Both the position numbers and the translations under genes were made by a program. This document shows positions 18,191 to 29,747 of a stretch of DNA of 64,000 nt, one piece after another. A model generated the notes under the pieces. That model searched no databases and was not told the DNA's origin. It worked only from the letters and a program-made list of their open reading frames with translations. The stretch is from Acidimicrobiia bacterium (GTDB taxonomy: Bacteria > Actinomycetota > Acidimicrobiia > Spongiisociales > ZC4RG35). The stretch lies in assembly GCA_040510135.1 (NCBI GenBank), contig JBEVJN010000039.1:10315-74314 (forward strand), read 5' to 3'. The first letter of the stretch is position 1. The number at the start of each line of letters is the position of its first letter.

Positions 18191-19417
18191 ATGACCACCC
18201 GCCGGTTGGACCTCGATGCAATCCGCGCCCGTTTTCCCGCGCTGAGTCGCCGGGAGCACGGACGTCCCGTGGCCTATCTCGACGGCCCCGGTGGCACCCA
18301 GGTGCCCAAATCGGTGATCGACGCCATGAATGCGGTCTTGATCGAGGGTGTGAGCAACCTCGGCGGTGGTTTCGGGGCCTCGCAACTCGCCGAGGAGACG
18401 ACCCAGCTTGGCCGCCAGGCAATGGCCGATTTCTTCAACGCCGACCCGAGCGAGATCTCCTTCGGACAGAACATGACCAGCATCACGTTCGCCATGAGCC
18501 GGGCCCTGGCCCGCAGCTGGGGACCGGGCGATGCCATCGTGGTCACGAGTCTGGATCACGATGCCAATTTCACTCCGTGGCTGCGTTGCGCCGAGGACGT
18601 CGGAGCGGAGGTTCGCATCGCCCACTTCGACGTCGCCAGCGGCGAGCTCGACCCAGCAGTGGTGGCTGATCTGCTCGATGACCGCGTCCGCCTCGTCGCC
18701 ACCTGTGTCGCCTCGAACGCGATCGGGACGCTCGTCGACGTGCATGAGATCACCGCCCTGGCCCACGAGGCAGGAGCCATGGTCTACCTGGATTCGGTCC
18801 ATGCCGGTCCCCACCAGCTGGTCGATGTGCGAGCGATCGACTGTGACTTCCTGGTGGCTTCGGCCTACAAGTTCTTCGGGCCCCACACCGGAATCCTCTA
18901 CGGCAAACTCGACCGGCTGGCCGAGCTCGAGTTCTACAAGGTTCGGCCCGCTCCTTCGGACCCGCCCGACAAGCTGGAGACCGGTACCCAGAGCTTCGAA
19001 TCGATCGCCGGGGTCGCGGCTGCGGTGGATTATCTCGCCGGGCTCGGCACCGGCGACAGCCGCCGAGCGAGACTGGAGGACGGTTACGGATTGATCCGGG
19101 AACACGAGCGCGCCCTGTCGGCTCGGTTCATCGTCGGCGTGACCGGGATGGATCGGGTGATCATCCATGGTGTGCCCGACGCCGATGATCGGCGAGTGGC
19201 GACTTTCGCCCTGTCGGTAGAGGGACTGCCGGCGGGCGAGGCCGCAGGTCGTCTCAGCGACGGAGGCCTCTATGTCTGGTCCGGGCACTATTACGCCCTG
19301 AACGCCATGGAGCGTCTCGGCTTCCTCGAGGCTGGAGGTCTCCTTCGGGTCGGATTCGTCCACTACAACACCGAGGAGGAAGTCGATCGAGCCCTGGAGG
19401 CCCTCGCCGCGTTGTGA
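18191..19417 (+). CDS. Cysteine desulfurase-like class V aminotransferase (Rv3778c-like)
   Basis: YLDGPGGTQVP, DHDAN, SAYKFFGPH (PLP Lys) and ETGT motifs; start 18185 or 18191. Confidence 0.88.
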   Translation: MTTRRLDLDAIRARFPALSRREHGRPVAYLDGPGGTQVPKSVIDAMNAVLIEGVSNLGGGFGASQLAEETTQLGRQAMADFFNADPSEISFGQNMTSITFAMSRALARSWGPGDAIVVTSLDHDANFTPWLRCAEDVGAEVRIAHFDVASGELDPAVVADLLDDRVRLVATCVASNAIGTLVDVHEITALAHEAGAMVYLDSVHAGPHQLVDVRAIDCDFLVASAYKFFGPHTGILYGKLDRLAELEFYKVRPAPSDPPDKLETGTQSFESIAGVAAAVDYLAGLGTGDSRRARLEDGYGLIREHERALSARFIVGVTGMDRVIIHGVPDADDRRVATFALSVEGLPAGEAAGRLSDGGLYVWSGHYYALNAMERLGFLEAGGLLRVGFVHYNTEEEVDRALEALAAL

Positions 19418-19470
19418 TGCAAGGGTTCGCGGATGACGGCCAACCCCGGAGACGCCCGTACACTGCGCCG

Positions 19471-19590
19471 GTGAAGCGAATCTCTCCCATCATCATCCTC
19501 GGCGCGATCGCTGCGTTCCTCCTGATGCGCCGGCGCGATTCCGACGTGGTCATCCCCGACTCAGCCTGGAACCCAGTCGAACCCTCGTGA
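19471..19590 (+). CDS. 39-aa single-TM peptide (DLW-39-like)
   Basis: MKRISPIIILGAIAAFLLMRRRDSDVVIPDSAWNPVEPS; -10 TACACT 6 nt upstream; stop overlaps the next GTG. Confidence 0.65.
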   Translation: MKRISPIIILGAIAAFLLMRRRDSDVVIPDSAWNPVEPS

Positions 19591-20222
19591 AGGTTGGCGT
19601 CCTCGCCAGCGGGGACACCGCAGTCAGGGCCGCTCACAGCCTGAGCGCTCATGACTCCGTCGAAGAGGTTGTCGTGGTCGGACCGGCACGCAGTCGAAAC
19701 TTTCGTGTCGTTCCCGATGCCTCCGAGCTCGACCTTGTCATCGGGAGTGGTGATGCCGCTCCCGAGCGCGCCCGCAAGCTGGGTGTCCCATTGCTCTGGG
19801 ACGGTGACAACCCAGCCGAAGGCGTAGTTGTCTGGGGCGCGTCTCCGGTGGGCCTGGCGCTGGCCCTCGGGACTCGTGAGCCCGATCCGAGGATCATCGC
19901 CGTCGCCCATCCCGACCTGGATGAGGGGTTTGATCACCAGGTGCGATTTCCCGACCCCGTCGGCCCGGCCAAGGTGGCTGACGCCACTTTCGGGGGAAGG
20001 CACGTGGCTCTGGCTCGCTCTCCCGACCGATTTGCCGCTTGCCTGGCGGTGGGCGCCGCTCGACAGGTCACCATTGTCGACGACGGTGCCTTCATGTCCG
20101 GGATCGCCCTCGCCGCCGCCATCGACGTCATCGCCGAGGAAACCTCCCCGGTATGGGAGTCGGCCTTGGTCTATCTCCAGGCCGTGGCCGCCATGGGTCT
20201 GGTCATGGCTGAAGACCGGTAG
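19587..20222 (+). CDS. Hypothetical protein with Rossmann-like N-terminus
   Basis: MKVGVLASG beta-alpha start; coupled to the upstream peptide. Confidence 0.6.
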   Translation: MKVGVLASGDTAVRAAHSLSAHDSVEEVVVVGPARSRNFRVVPDASELDLVIGSGDAAPERARKLGVPLLWDGDNPAEGVVVWGASPVGLALALGTREPDPRIIAVAHPDLDEGFDHQVRFPDPVGPAKVADATFGGRHVALARSPDRFAACLAVGAARQVTIVDDGAFMSGIALAAAIDVIAEETSPVWESALVYLQAVAAMGLVMAEDR

Positions 20223-20231
20223 CTTCGGATC

Positions 20232-20591
20232 ATGCTGACACTCGGGTCGGTGGTCTGGGGTGTGCGTGATGTGCCGGGAGCGATTCGGTTCTGGTGTGAG
20301 ACGCTGAACTACGAGCCTCTCTCCGAACCGGAAGACGATTGGGCCATCCTGGTGCCCCGGGAAGGACCAGGTCACAGGATCTCGATCAAGCTCGTGACAT
20401 CTGATCCATTGCCCCGTCAGCGACATCATCTCGACCTGTATGCCACCGACCAGAGTGCCGAGATCGAGCGCCTGATCGGGCTCGGGGCCCGAAGGGTGGA
20501 ATGGACCTACGAGGAAGATGCCGACTACGTGGTACTCGCCGACCCGGATGGCAACCAATTCTGTGTCATCGATGCTTCCGAGGAGGGCTGA
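20232..20591 (+). CDS. VOC/glyoxalase family protein
   Basis: FW...L, HHLDL, L..LGA and VLADPDGNQFCV motifs. Confidence 0.88.
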   Translation: MLTLGSVVWGVRDVPGAIRFWCETLNYEPLSEPEDDWAILVPREGPGHRISIKLVTSDPLPRQRHHLDLYATDQSAEIERLIGLGARRVEWTYEEDADYVVLADPDGNQFCVIDASEEG

Positions 20592-20606
20592 GCGGTTTTC
20601 CGGCCG

Positions 20607-21116
20607 TTAGGAATGCGGATCGAGGACCCGGGGGCTCTCCTCGGTCGGGATGTCGGCGTGATCGGGCGGAGGGGTCACCGCGCCGTTGCCCGGGCGGTAG
20701 TCGGTCGGCGGGTGGAGGATCTGTGACGGGGCGGGGGCAACAACAGGGTTGAGGGTCTCTTCGAGAACGACCACCTCGAGACCGCCCACCACGTCGGACA
20801 CCAGGTTGTAGACGATGGCGCCGGCCACGGTGGCCCCGGTCATCGTCACCCACCAGACGACCGAGCCGAAGAGCATCACCCGGAAGAACTGCTCGACATT
20901 GGCGAATGGCTGTGCACCCTCATCGATCAGGGTGATCTCCACCATGAATTCGGTGAGGCGCTGGGGTAGCCCTGCCCGCTCGAGAACCGACCAAAAGATC
21001 ACCCCGCCCAGAACGAGGGCAAGGGCAAGCACGGCCCAAACCACGGCCGACACTTTCAGCGCGGTCCAGGGGTCGATCTTTCGGATGATGCGTCTTACGC
21101 GACGAACAGTTGCCAT
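20607..21116 (-). CDS. DUF3566 membrane protein
   Basis: RKIDPWTALKVS and YNLVSDVVGGLEV motifs; directly downstream of gyrA. Confidence 0.88.
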   Translation of the reverse strand: MATVRRVRRIIRKIDPWTALKVSAVVWAVLALALVLGGVIFWSVLERAGLPQRLTEFMVEITLIDEGAQPFANVEQFFRVMLFGSVVWWVTMTGATVAGAIVYNLVSDVVGGLEVVVLEETLNPVVAPAPSQILHPPTDYRPGNGAVTPPPDHADIPTEESPRVLDPHS

Positions 21117-21194
21117 AGGGCTCCTGAGGATTACCGGGGCAGTCTAAAGGAAGACTGCACTAGTCCCAACGACACGAACGAGGCGAGGGTTCCC

Positions 21195-23630
21195 TCACTC
21201 GACTTCGTCGGAGACGATGGCCAGCGCCGACAGCTCGTTGCCATCGCCGACATGGATGACCCGGACACCGGTCGAGTCCCGCTTCTGCCTGCTGATCTTG
21301 GCCACGGGCGTCCTGATCCCGATCCCAACGGAGGAGATCAGGAACACGTCGTCGTCTTTGGAGACCGCACGACCCCCCACCAGATTGCCCCGGATTCGGG
21401 TCAGCTTGAAGGCCTTGACGCCGATTCCGCCTCGGGTCTGACGACGGAACTCGCCGATGGCAGTCCTCTTGCCGTACCCGGCGGATGTCACCAACAGCAC
21501 TTCGCCGCCATCGACGTTCGACACCGCGGCAACCACCTGGTCGCCGTCGCGGAGACGGATCCCGCGCACACCTTGGGTGCCACGGCCCATGCTGCGGAGA
21601 TCGGCCTCTTTGAAGCGGATCCCCATCCCCTCCTTGGTGAAGATGAGCACGTCGTTCTCGCCGTTGGTGGTCCGCACCGATACCAACTCGTCACCATCGA
21701 CCAGCTTGATCGCGACCAGTGTCTGGTTGCGCGACTCGTACTCCTTGAACTCGGTCTTCTTGGCGATGCCCTGCTTGGTCACCATCACCAGGTAGCGGCC
21801 CGTCTCGTAGTCCCTGGTGTCGATGATCGCCTGCACCCTCTCCTCGGGCTCGAGGGGCAAAACCGACTGGGCGAGGACGCCTTTGGCGATGCGGGACTGC
21901 CTCGGGATGCCATGCGCCTTGATGCGATGCACGAGGCCCTTGTTGGTGAAGAACAACAGATACGCGTGCGCCGTGGTGTGGACCAGGTGCTGGATGACGT
22001 CGGTCTCCTGGACCTCGGCAGCCTTGACCCCGCGCCCACCGCGCCCCTGGGTCTTGTAAGTGGAAGCGGGAACCGACTTGATGTAGCCCGCCGAGGAAAC
22101 GGTCACGATCAGCTCGTCATCGGCGATTAGATCCTCGAGGGAGAGGTCGCCCTCGTCGGGGATGACCCGGCTCCTCCGGCTTTCACCGTATTTTTCCTTG
22201 ATCTCAGAAAGTTCGTCCCGGATGATCGCCCAGCGCCGCTTGGGATCTGCCAGGATCGCCTCCAGCTCGGCGATGAGGTCGTGCAACTCGGCCAGCTCGG
22301 AGCGGAGCTTGTCCACTTCGAGGGCGGTGAGCCGGCGCAGCGGCATGTCGAGGACGGCGTTGGCCTGGATCTCGCTCAGCTCGAACCGATCGATCAGGTT
22401 GGTCCTGGCGGCGGCGGTGTCGGCCGAGCCTCGGATGATCTTGATCACCTCGTCGATGTTGTCGACTGCGATGATGAGGCCTTCGAGGATGTGGGCCCTG
22501 GCCTCCGCCTCCTGCAGACGGAAGCGCGTCCTCCGCTCGACAACTTCCATCTGGTGGTCGAGGTAGTAGCCGACCATCTCGGCGAGGTCGAGAGTGCGGG
22601 GCACGCCATCGACCAGGGACACCATGTTGTACCCGAACGAGTCCTGCAGCGGGGTATTCTTGAACAGCTGATTGAGCACGACCTGGGGCACAGCGCCGCT
22701 CTTCAGCTCGATGACGAGCCGGATCCCCACCCGGTCCGAGCTCTCGTTGCGGATGTCGGCGATGCCCTCGAGCCGCTTGTTTTCGACCAGCTCCCTGATC
22801 TTGGCCTGGATCCGCTCAATGGAGACCTGATAAGGCAACTCGGTGGCGATGATGGCGGTGCGGCCCTTGCGAATCTCCTGGACGTCACAGACCGCTCGGA
22901 TCTTGACCGAGCCCCGCCCGGTGGTGAGGGCGTCGCGTATGCCACCGGTTCCGACGATGAAGCCGCCAGTGGGAAAATCGGGCCCCTTCACGAACTGCAG
23001 CAGCTCCTCGGTGGTCGCGTCTGGATTGTCGATGACATGGGTGCAGGCATCGATGATCTCGTTGAGGTTGTGCGGTGGGATGTTGGTCGCCATGCCGACG
23101 GCGATCCCTTGGGAGCCGTTGACCAGCAGATTGGGGAACCGGGCGGGGAGCACCGTGGGCTGCTGCATCTCCCCCGAGTAGTTGTCCTCGAAGTTGACCG
23201 TGTCCTCCCTGATCCCCTCGAGGAGGTGGTTGGACAGCTTGGTGAGCCGGCACTCGGTGTACCTGGCGGCGCCTGGTGGGTCGTCGATGCTGCCGAAGTT
23301 TCCCTGCGGGTCGATGAGGAGGTGACGCATGGAGAAGTCCTGTCCCATCCGGACCAGGGCGTCGTAGATGGCCGTGTCGCCGTGAGGGTGGTAGTTCCCC
23401 ATGACGTCACCGACGACCTTGGAGCACTTGCGGTGGGCCGAGGCCGCCGTGATGTTGTTCTCGAACATCGAGTAGATGATCCGTCGCTGCACCGGCTTGA
23501 GACCGTCGCGGACATCGGGTAGGGCCCGGGAGACGATGACCGACATGGCGTAGTCGACGAAGCTCTGCTCCATCTCGTCGGTGATCTCGACCTGGGGAAC
23601 GCCCTCGGCTGGTGGGTGCTGCTGGGTCAT
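21195..23630 (-). CDS. gyrA: DNA gyrase subunit A
   Basis: RALPDVRDGLKPVQRR, YHPHGD, AARYTE; GyrA-box QGRGGRG. Confidence 0.98.
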   Translation of the reverse strand: MTQQHPPAEGVPQVEITDEMEQSFVDYAMSVIVSRALPDVRDGLKPVQRRIIYSMFENNITAASAHRKCSKVVGDVMGNYHPHGDTAIYDALVRMGQDFSMRHLLIDPQGNFGSIDDPPGAARYTECRLTKLSNHLLEGIREDTVNFEDNYSGEMQQPTVLPARFPNLLVNGSQGIAVGMATNIPPHNLNEIIDACTHVIDNPDATTEELLQFVKGPDFPTGGFIVGTGGIRDALTTGRGSVKIRAVCDVQEIRKGRTAIIATELPYQVSIERIQAKIRELVENKRLEGIADIRNESSDRVGIRLVIELKSGAVPQVVLNQLFKNTPLQDSFGYNMVSLVDGVPRTLDLAEMVGYYLDHQMEVVERRTRFRLQEAEARAHILEGLIIAVDNIDEVIKIIRGSADTAAARTNLIDRFELSEIQANAVLDMPLRRLTALEVDKLRSELAELHDLIAELEAILADPKRRWAIIRDELSEIKEKYGESRRSRVIPDEGDLSLEDLIADDELIVTVSSAGYIKSVPASTYKTQGRGGRGVKAAEVQETDVIQHLVHTTAHAYLLFFTNKGLVHRIKAHGIPRQSRIAKGVLAQSVLPLEPEERVQAIIDTRDYETGRYLVMVTKQGIAKKTEFKEYESRNQTLVAIKLVDGDELVSVRTTNGENDVLIFTKEGMGIRFKEADLRSMGRGTQGVRGIRLRDGDQVVAAVSNVDGGEVLLVTSAGYGKRTAIGEFRRQTRGGIGVKAFKLTRIRGNLVGGRAVSKDDDVFLISSVGIGIRTPVAKISRQKRDSTGVRVIHVGDGNELSALAIVSDEVE

Positions 23631-23633
23631 GGC

Positions 23634-25622
<1,989 letters not shown>

Positions 25623-25683
25623 TCACATATGTCATTTTACAGGAAATACCTAATCAAAACGAATCAATCAAGGGGCACCCCGA

Positions 25684-25989
25684 TCATCGGCTTGCCGGTG
25701 CACGAACCTCGATCTTCTCGATCACGCCCTCGCCGAGAGCACCGGACAAGGCGGCGACCAGATCGGCGCTCCCGTACCTGAGGAAGGCCACCATCGACGG
25801 GGCGCCGGCCTCCACCACGAGGGTCTTCTCCTGGATGAACAGAGGTCGGGAACGTCCCGACCAGGGCGTTCCGGCAAGCTCGTCCCAGGCGGCTGCGATA
25901 CGGGCCATCGCCATCGGGTCGGACATCCCCATCCTGCGGAACATCTCCTCCAGGGATGCTCGGAACGGGGTGAGATCGCCGTCGTTCAC
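25684..25989 (-). CDS. DciA/DUF721 family protein
   Basis: Lies between recF and gyrB; W.E..G...SRP...TLVV pattern; GTG overlaps the recF stop. Confidence 0.8.
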   Translation of the reverse strand: MNDGDLTPFRASLEEMFRRMGMSDPMAMARIAAAWDELAGTPWSGRSRPLFIQEKTLVVEAGAPSMVAFLRYGSADLVAALSGALGEGVIEKIEVRAPASR

Positions 25990-27080
25990 CGCCGCACCCC
26001 ATCGCCCACCCGCCACACCTCGCCCTCCACCGGCACGTCCTCGGGACGCGCCGAGCTGATCAAGGTCTGGGTGTCGACCGGCAGCGTCTTGGCCAGGGCG
26101 GCGGCGCGCTGTGGGTCGAGCTCCGAGAAGACATCGTCGAGCAGCAGGACAGGAGACTCGTCGATCATTTCGGTCACGGCCCGGTGGGCAGCGAGTTTGA
26201 TCGCCAGCGCCATGGTCCGCTGCTCACCCTGGCTGCCGTGGGTCCGGGAATCGACGCCGTCGAGGGTGAGCACCGGTTCGTCGCGATGGGGGCCGACTGA
26301 GGTGAGCCGCCGGTCGAAATCGACATTTCGCGCCCTCTCGAGCGACTCGAGGATGGCGGAGGTGAAGTCGGCGGCGGCGCCGTCGAGCCCGTCGCGGGCA
26401 CTCCAGGATGCGACGTATTCGATGGACGCCCTCTCCGGTCTCCCCGCGATATCGCCATAGGCCGTCTCCAGCTGTGGCGACAGCGTGTCAATCACCCTGG
26501 CCCGTCGTGCCATGACCCTGCCACCCGCCTGGGCGAGGCGGGCATCCCAAACCGAGAGAGTCGTCGTGTCGCGCTCGCCCGATTTGAGAAATGCGTTCCG
26601 CTGCCGCAACGCCCGATCGAACTCAGCCTGGTCGTGATGGGCGGCCGACCAGAGCTGCACCGCGACGGCGTCGAGCAGATCGCGGCGATAGGCCGGCCCC
26701 CGCTTTACGAGATCGAGGTCCTCGGGGAGAAACGCGATGACACGAAGCACACCGAGCAGATCGGCCGTCTTATGGAGTCGAGTCTTGTCCAGTTGGGTGC
26801 GACGTGGCCCGGACCTGGGTAACTCGATCTCGACGAGCCGCTCCCGTGGCCCGCTGGAGACCCCGGCTCTGACCACGGCTGCGTCTTCCCCGTCGGCAAT
26901 GAGGTCCGGGTCGGACACCGAGCGGAACGACCGCAGCGACGACAGATAGGCAATCGCTTCGAGGAGGTTCGTCTTCCCGGCGCCGTTGGGGCCGAGGAGG
27001 AGATTGACCCCGGGGTCAGGCTGCCACTCGAGTTCCTCATAGGAACGGAAATGGGTGAGCGAGACCCAGTCGACCTTCAT
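25986..27080 (-). CDS. recF: DNA replication/repair protein RecF
   Basis: GPNGAGKTN, GPHRDE, SQGEQR and LLLDDVFSELD motifs. Confidence 0.97.
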   Translation of the reverse strand: MKVDWVSLTHFRSYEELEWQPDPGVNLLLGPNGAGKTNLLEAIAYLSSLRSFRSVSDPDLIADGEDAAVVRAGVSSGPRERLVEIELPRSGPRRTQLDKTRLHKTADLLGVLRVIAFLPEDLDLVKRGPAYRRDLLDAVAVQLWSAAHHDQAEFDRALRQRNAFLKSGERDTTTLSVWDARLAQAGGRVMARRARVIDTLSPQLETAYGDIAGRPERASIEYVASWSARDGLDGAAADFTSAILESLERARNVDFDRRLTSVGPHRDEPVLTLDGVDSRTHGSQGEQRTMALAIKLAAHRAVTEMIDESPVLLLDDVFSELDPQRAAALAKTLPVDTQTLISSARPEDVPVEGEVWRVGDGVRR

Positions 27081-28163
27081 TCAGACCCGGACGGGCATCA
27101 GCAGGTAGAGGAAGTCATCCTCGGCGCCGCTGTCGATCACGCTCGGTTTGAACGCGTCGATGACCCGGATCCGGATCGAATCTCCCGAGATCGCGGTGAC
27201 CCCATCCTGTAGATATCTCGGGTTGAATGCGATCGATACCTCTTCCTCCGCGCCTTCGAACACGCCGGGGAGATGCTCGGTCTCACCACCGACGTCCTGA
27301 CGGGTGACGGCCACCTCCACTCCGCCCTCCATGAGCTTGAGACGCACCGGAATGTGATCCTCTGCAACGAGAGTGACCCGACCCAGGGCCTCGAGCAGGG
27401 TGTCCTTCTCCAGCACCACCTGACTGGGATAGCTCTCAGGCAGTAACGATTGATACTTGGGGAAGTTTCCGTCGATCAGTCGCAATCTCAGCATCCCTTT
27501 GTCCGAGGTGAACACCGCTTCGCGGTCACGCAACTGGGCGGTCACCTTCGTCGACCCGATCGAACGGGGTAGCTCTCTCAAACCTCGAGCCGGCACCAAG
27601 CCCGTGCCCTCCAGACCCACTCCCCGGAGTTCTCGTTTGGCGAGCCGGTACGAGTCGGTAGCCACCATTCGCAGCCCCTCGTCGGAACTCTCGAAGAGGA
27701 CCCCCGTCAAGATCGGGCGGGCACCGTCGCCGGATGCCGCGATCGTGACCTGGGAGATGGCCTCGGCCAGCTCCTCACCGTCGACCTCGACGCCATCGGC
27801 CACCACATCTTCCTGCACCGGGAAGTCGTCGACGGTCAGAGGTCGCAAGGTGAAGCGGGGGCCATTCCCCTGGATCTCGATGTCCGTGTCACTCACCCCG
27901 ATGGTCACCGCCCCGGCAGGCATCTTCCGCACCGCTTCCGAGAGGAGCCGCCCGGGGATGACCGCCCTCCCCTCCTCCATGACTTCGACCTCAGCCGAAG
28001 TGCGCACGGTCACGTCGAGATCGGTCCCGGTGACCCGCAGCGTGGTGCCGGATACCTCACACAGCAATCCCTGCAAGACCGGCAAGGCGGTCCGGGCCCC
28101 CACAGCCCGGTTGGCTCGGGCGAGGACGTCGGCGAGATCGTCTCGCTGCGCTCGGATTCTCAC
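27081..28163 (-). CDS. dnaN: DNA polymerase III beta clamp
   Basis: GTDLD, ATDSYRLA, RLIDGNFP, FNPRYL and C-terminal LLMPVR. Confidence 0.97.
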   Translation of the reverse strand: MRIRAQRDDLADVLARANRAVGARTALPVLQGLLCEVSGTTLRVTGTDLDVTVRTSAEVEVMEEGRAVIPGRLLSEAVRKMPAGAVTIGVSDTDIEIQGNGPRFTLRPLTVDDFPVQEDVVADGVEVDGEELAEAISQVTIAASGDGARPILTGVLFESSDEGLRMVATDSYRLAKRELRGVGLEGTGLVPARGLRELPRSIGSTKVTAQLRDREAVFTSDKGMLRLRLIDGNFPKYQSLLPESYPSQVVLEKDTLLEALGRVTLVAEDHIPVRLKLMEGGVEVAVTRQDVGGETEHLPGVFEGAEEEVSIAFNPRYLQDGVTAISGDSIRIRVIDAFKPSVIDSGAEDDFLYLLMPVRV

Positions 28164-28354
28164 AGGTGGAGGTCCCTTCTTCTGCTGCTATTGATTTTCA
28201 TCTAAAGAGTATTAGTCGTAGTAGGGGGTTGTGGATTTGGGGATTAGGTGGATTCTCGCAGGTTCCGACGGGGGTTTCGCCTGTGTATCGGGATGGGGAC
28301 GATCTGTGTGATAGTGGCCTGCCGTGGGGGATAACTCAGGCACGTGTGGATATT
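28164..28354. other. oriC: oriC unwinding region (dnaA-dnaN intergenic): tandem DnaA boxes, GC clamp, DnaA-trios, AT-rich DUE
   Basis: Boxes TGTGGATTT/TGGGGATTA (28230-46); GGGG clamp; trios TAT-TAG-TCG-TAG-TAG (28210-24); AT-rich 28189-28212; further boxes near 28283, 28326 and 28346. Confidence 0.85.
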
Positions 28355-29724
28355 GCCCCACCTTTCCTCAGGTCCTGTGTTAGTTGAGTAACCCGGTCGA
28401 ACACCGCCCGATCGGAGCGGAGGATTCGCTTCACCTTCTCGACCGAGTGGAGGACGGTGGTGTGGTCTCTCTTGAAGTGCTCCCCGATCTTGGGCAGGGA
28501 GAGATCGGTGAGTTCTCGGCACAGGTACATCGAGATCTGCCGGCAGAGTACGAGGGGCTGACGCCGGCTCGGGCTCAGCACGTCTTCGACAGTGAAGCCA
28601 TACGCGGTGGCGGTTGCCCGGATGATCGTGTCCGGCCCCAGCGGGGCCAACTCCTCGTTGGTGACGATGTCCCGAAGCACCCGCTCCGCAGTCTCGAGGT
28701 CGATGTCCTGTCGATTTAGGGCCGACCATGCGGTGACTCTGGTCAACGCACCCTCCAACTCACGGATGTTGTCCGAGACCAGCACGGCGATGTGCTCGAG
28801 GACTTCGAGCGGCACCGGTCGCGGGGCGAACTCGGCGTTTCTCCGCAGGATGGCGAGACGGGTTTCCACGTCCGGGGGCTGAATGTCGGTGAGCAAACCC
28901 CACTCGAACCGGCTGCGCAGCCGGTCCTCGAGGGAGGAGAGATTGCGGGGATGGCGGTCGGAGCTGATGACCATCTGCTTGCCGGACTCATAGAGCGAGT
29001 TGAAGGTGTGGAAGAACTCCTCGAGTATCTGCTCCTTCCCTTCGAAGAATTGGACGTCGTCCAACAGAAGGATGTCGACTCCCCGGTAGCGGTGCTTGAA
29101 GTCATCAGGCCGCTTGCGTCGGATCGAATCGATGAAGTCGTTGAGGAAGTTCTCCGACGAGACGTATCGGACCACGAGATTGGGGTACATCTCGAGGGCC
29201 TGGTGCCCCACCGCATTGAGCAGGTGGGTCTTGCCCAGGCCGGCTCCGCCATAGATGAACAACGGGTTGTAGTGGGCCCCAGGCTGCTCGGCCACGGCCA
29301 TGGCGGCCGCCCACGCGAAACGGTTCGACTGTCCCACGACGAAGCTCTCGAATCTGTAGCGAGAGATGAGATTGGTCGCCGGGACAGCCCCGTCTGTCAC
29401 GGAAGCAACTCGATGGGCGGTGTCGGTGAGGGTCTCTTCGAGGGGCAAGGTCGGCTCGGCGCCTGGCTCGGACTCGACGACCTTGAACACTGGGCGGGTA
29501 TTGATCCCGAATACATCGCGGTAGGCGGAATCGATCAACTCCCCGTGCTTGTCGCGCACCCAGCGCAAATGGAATTCGCTCGGTGCGACCAGCGTGGGGG
29601 TCTCACCGACGAAGTCCGGCTCGAGGCGCGATAACCAGGTGTCCCAGTTGCCTTTCGACACCCCTGCCCTCAACACATCCTGAAATTGGCCCCAGCCGCC
29701 CGGCGCCATCTGCTCTTGTACCAA
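28336..29724 (-). CDS. dnaA: Chromosomal replication initiator DnaA
   Basis: YNPLFIYGGAGLGKTHL, LLLDDVQF, RFEWGL, NIRELEGA and RDHTTV motifs; likely TTG start at 29724 after SD AGGAGGAG (alternative ATG 29709). Confidence 0.97.
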   Translation of the reverse strand: MVQEQMAPGGWGQFQDVLRAGVSKGNWDTWLSRLEPDFVGETPTLVAPSEFHLRWVRDKHGELIDSAYRDVFGINTRPVFKVVESEPGAEPTLPLEETLTDTAHRVASVTDGAVPATNLISRYRFESFVVGQSNRFAWAAAMAVAEQPGAHYNPLFIYGGAGLGKTHLLNAVGHQALEMYPNLVVRYVSSENFLNDFIDSIRRKRPDDFKHRYRGVDILLLDDVQFFEGKEQILEEFFHTFNSLYESGKQMVISSDRHPRNLSSLEDRLRSRFEWGLLTDIQPPDVETRLAILRRNAEFAPRPVPLEVLEHIAVLVSDNIRELEGALTRVTAWSALNRQDIDLETAERVLRDIVTNEELAPLGPDTIIRATATAYGFTVEDVLSPSRRQPLVLCRQISMYLCRELTDLSLPKIGEHFKRDHTTVLHSVEKVKRILRSDRAVFDRVTQLTQDLRKGGAISTRA

Positions 29725-29747
29725 GACCACTCCTCCTGCCGGAAAGG

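Noticed and set aside
18035-19363. Long antisense or alternate-frame ORFs (e.g. 18035-19363, 19254-20558, 22281-23522, 45898-47208, 54438-55733, 62080-63405)
   Set aside because: Stop-poor shadows of genuine high-GC3 genes, with no recognisable motifs.
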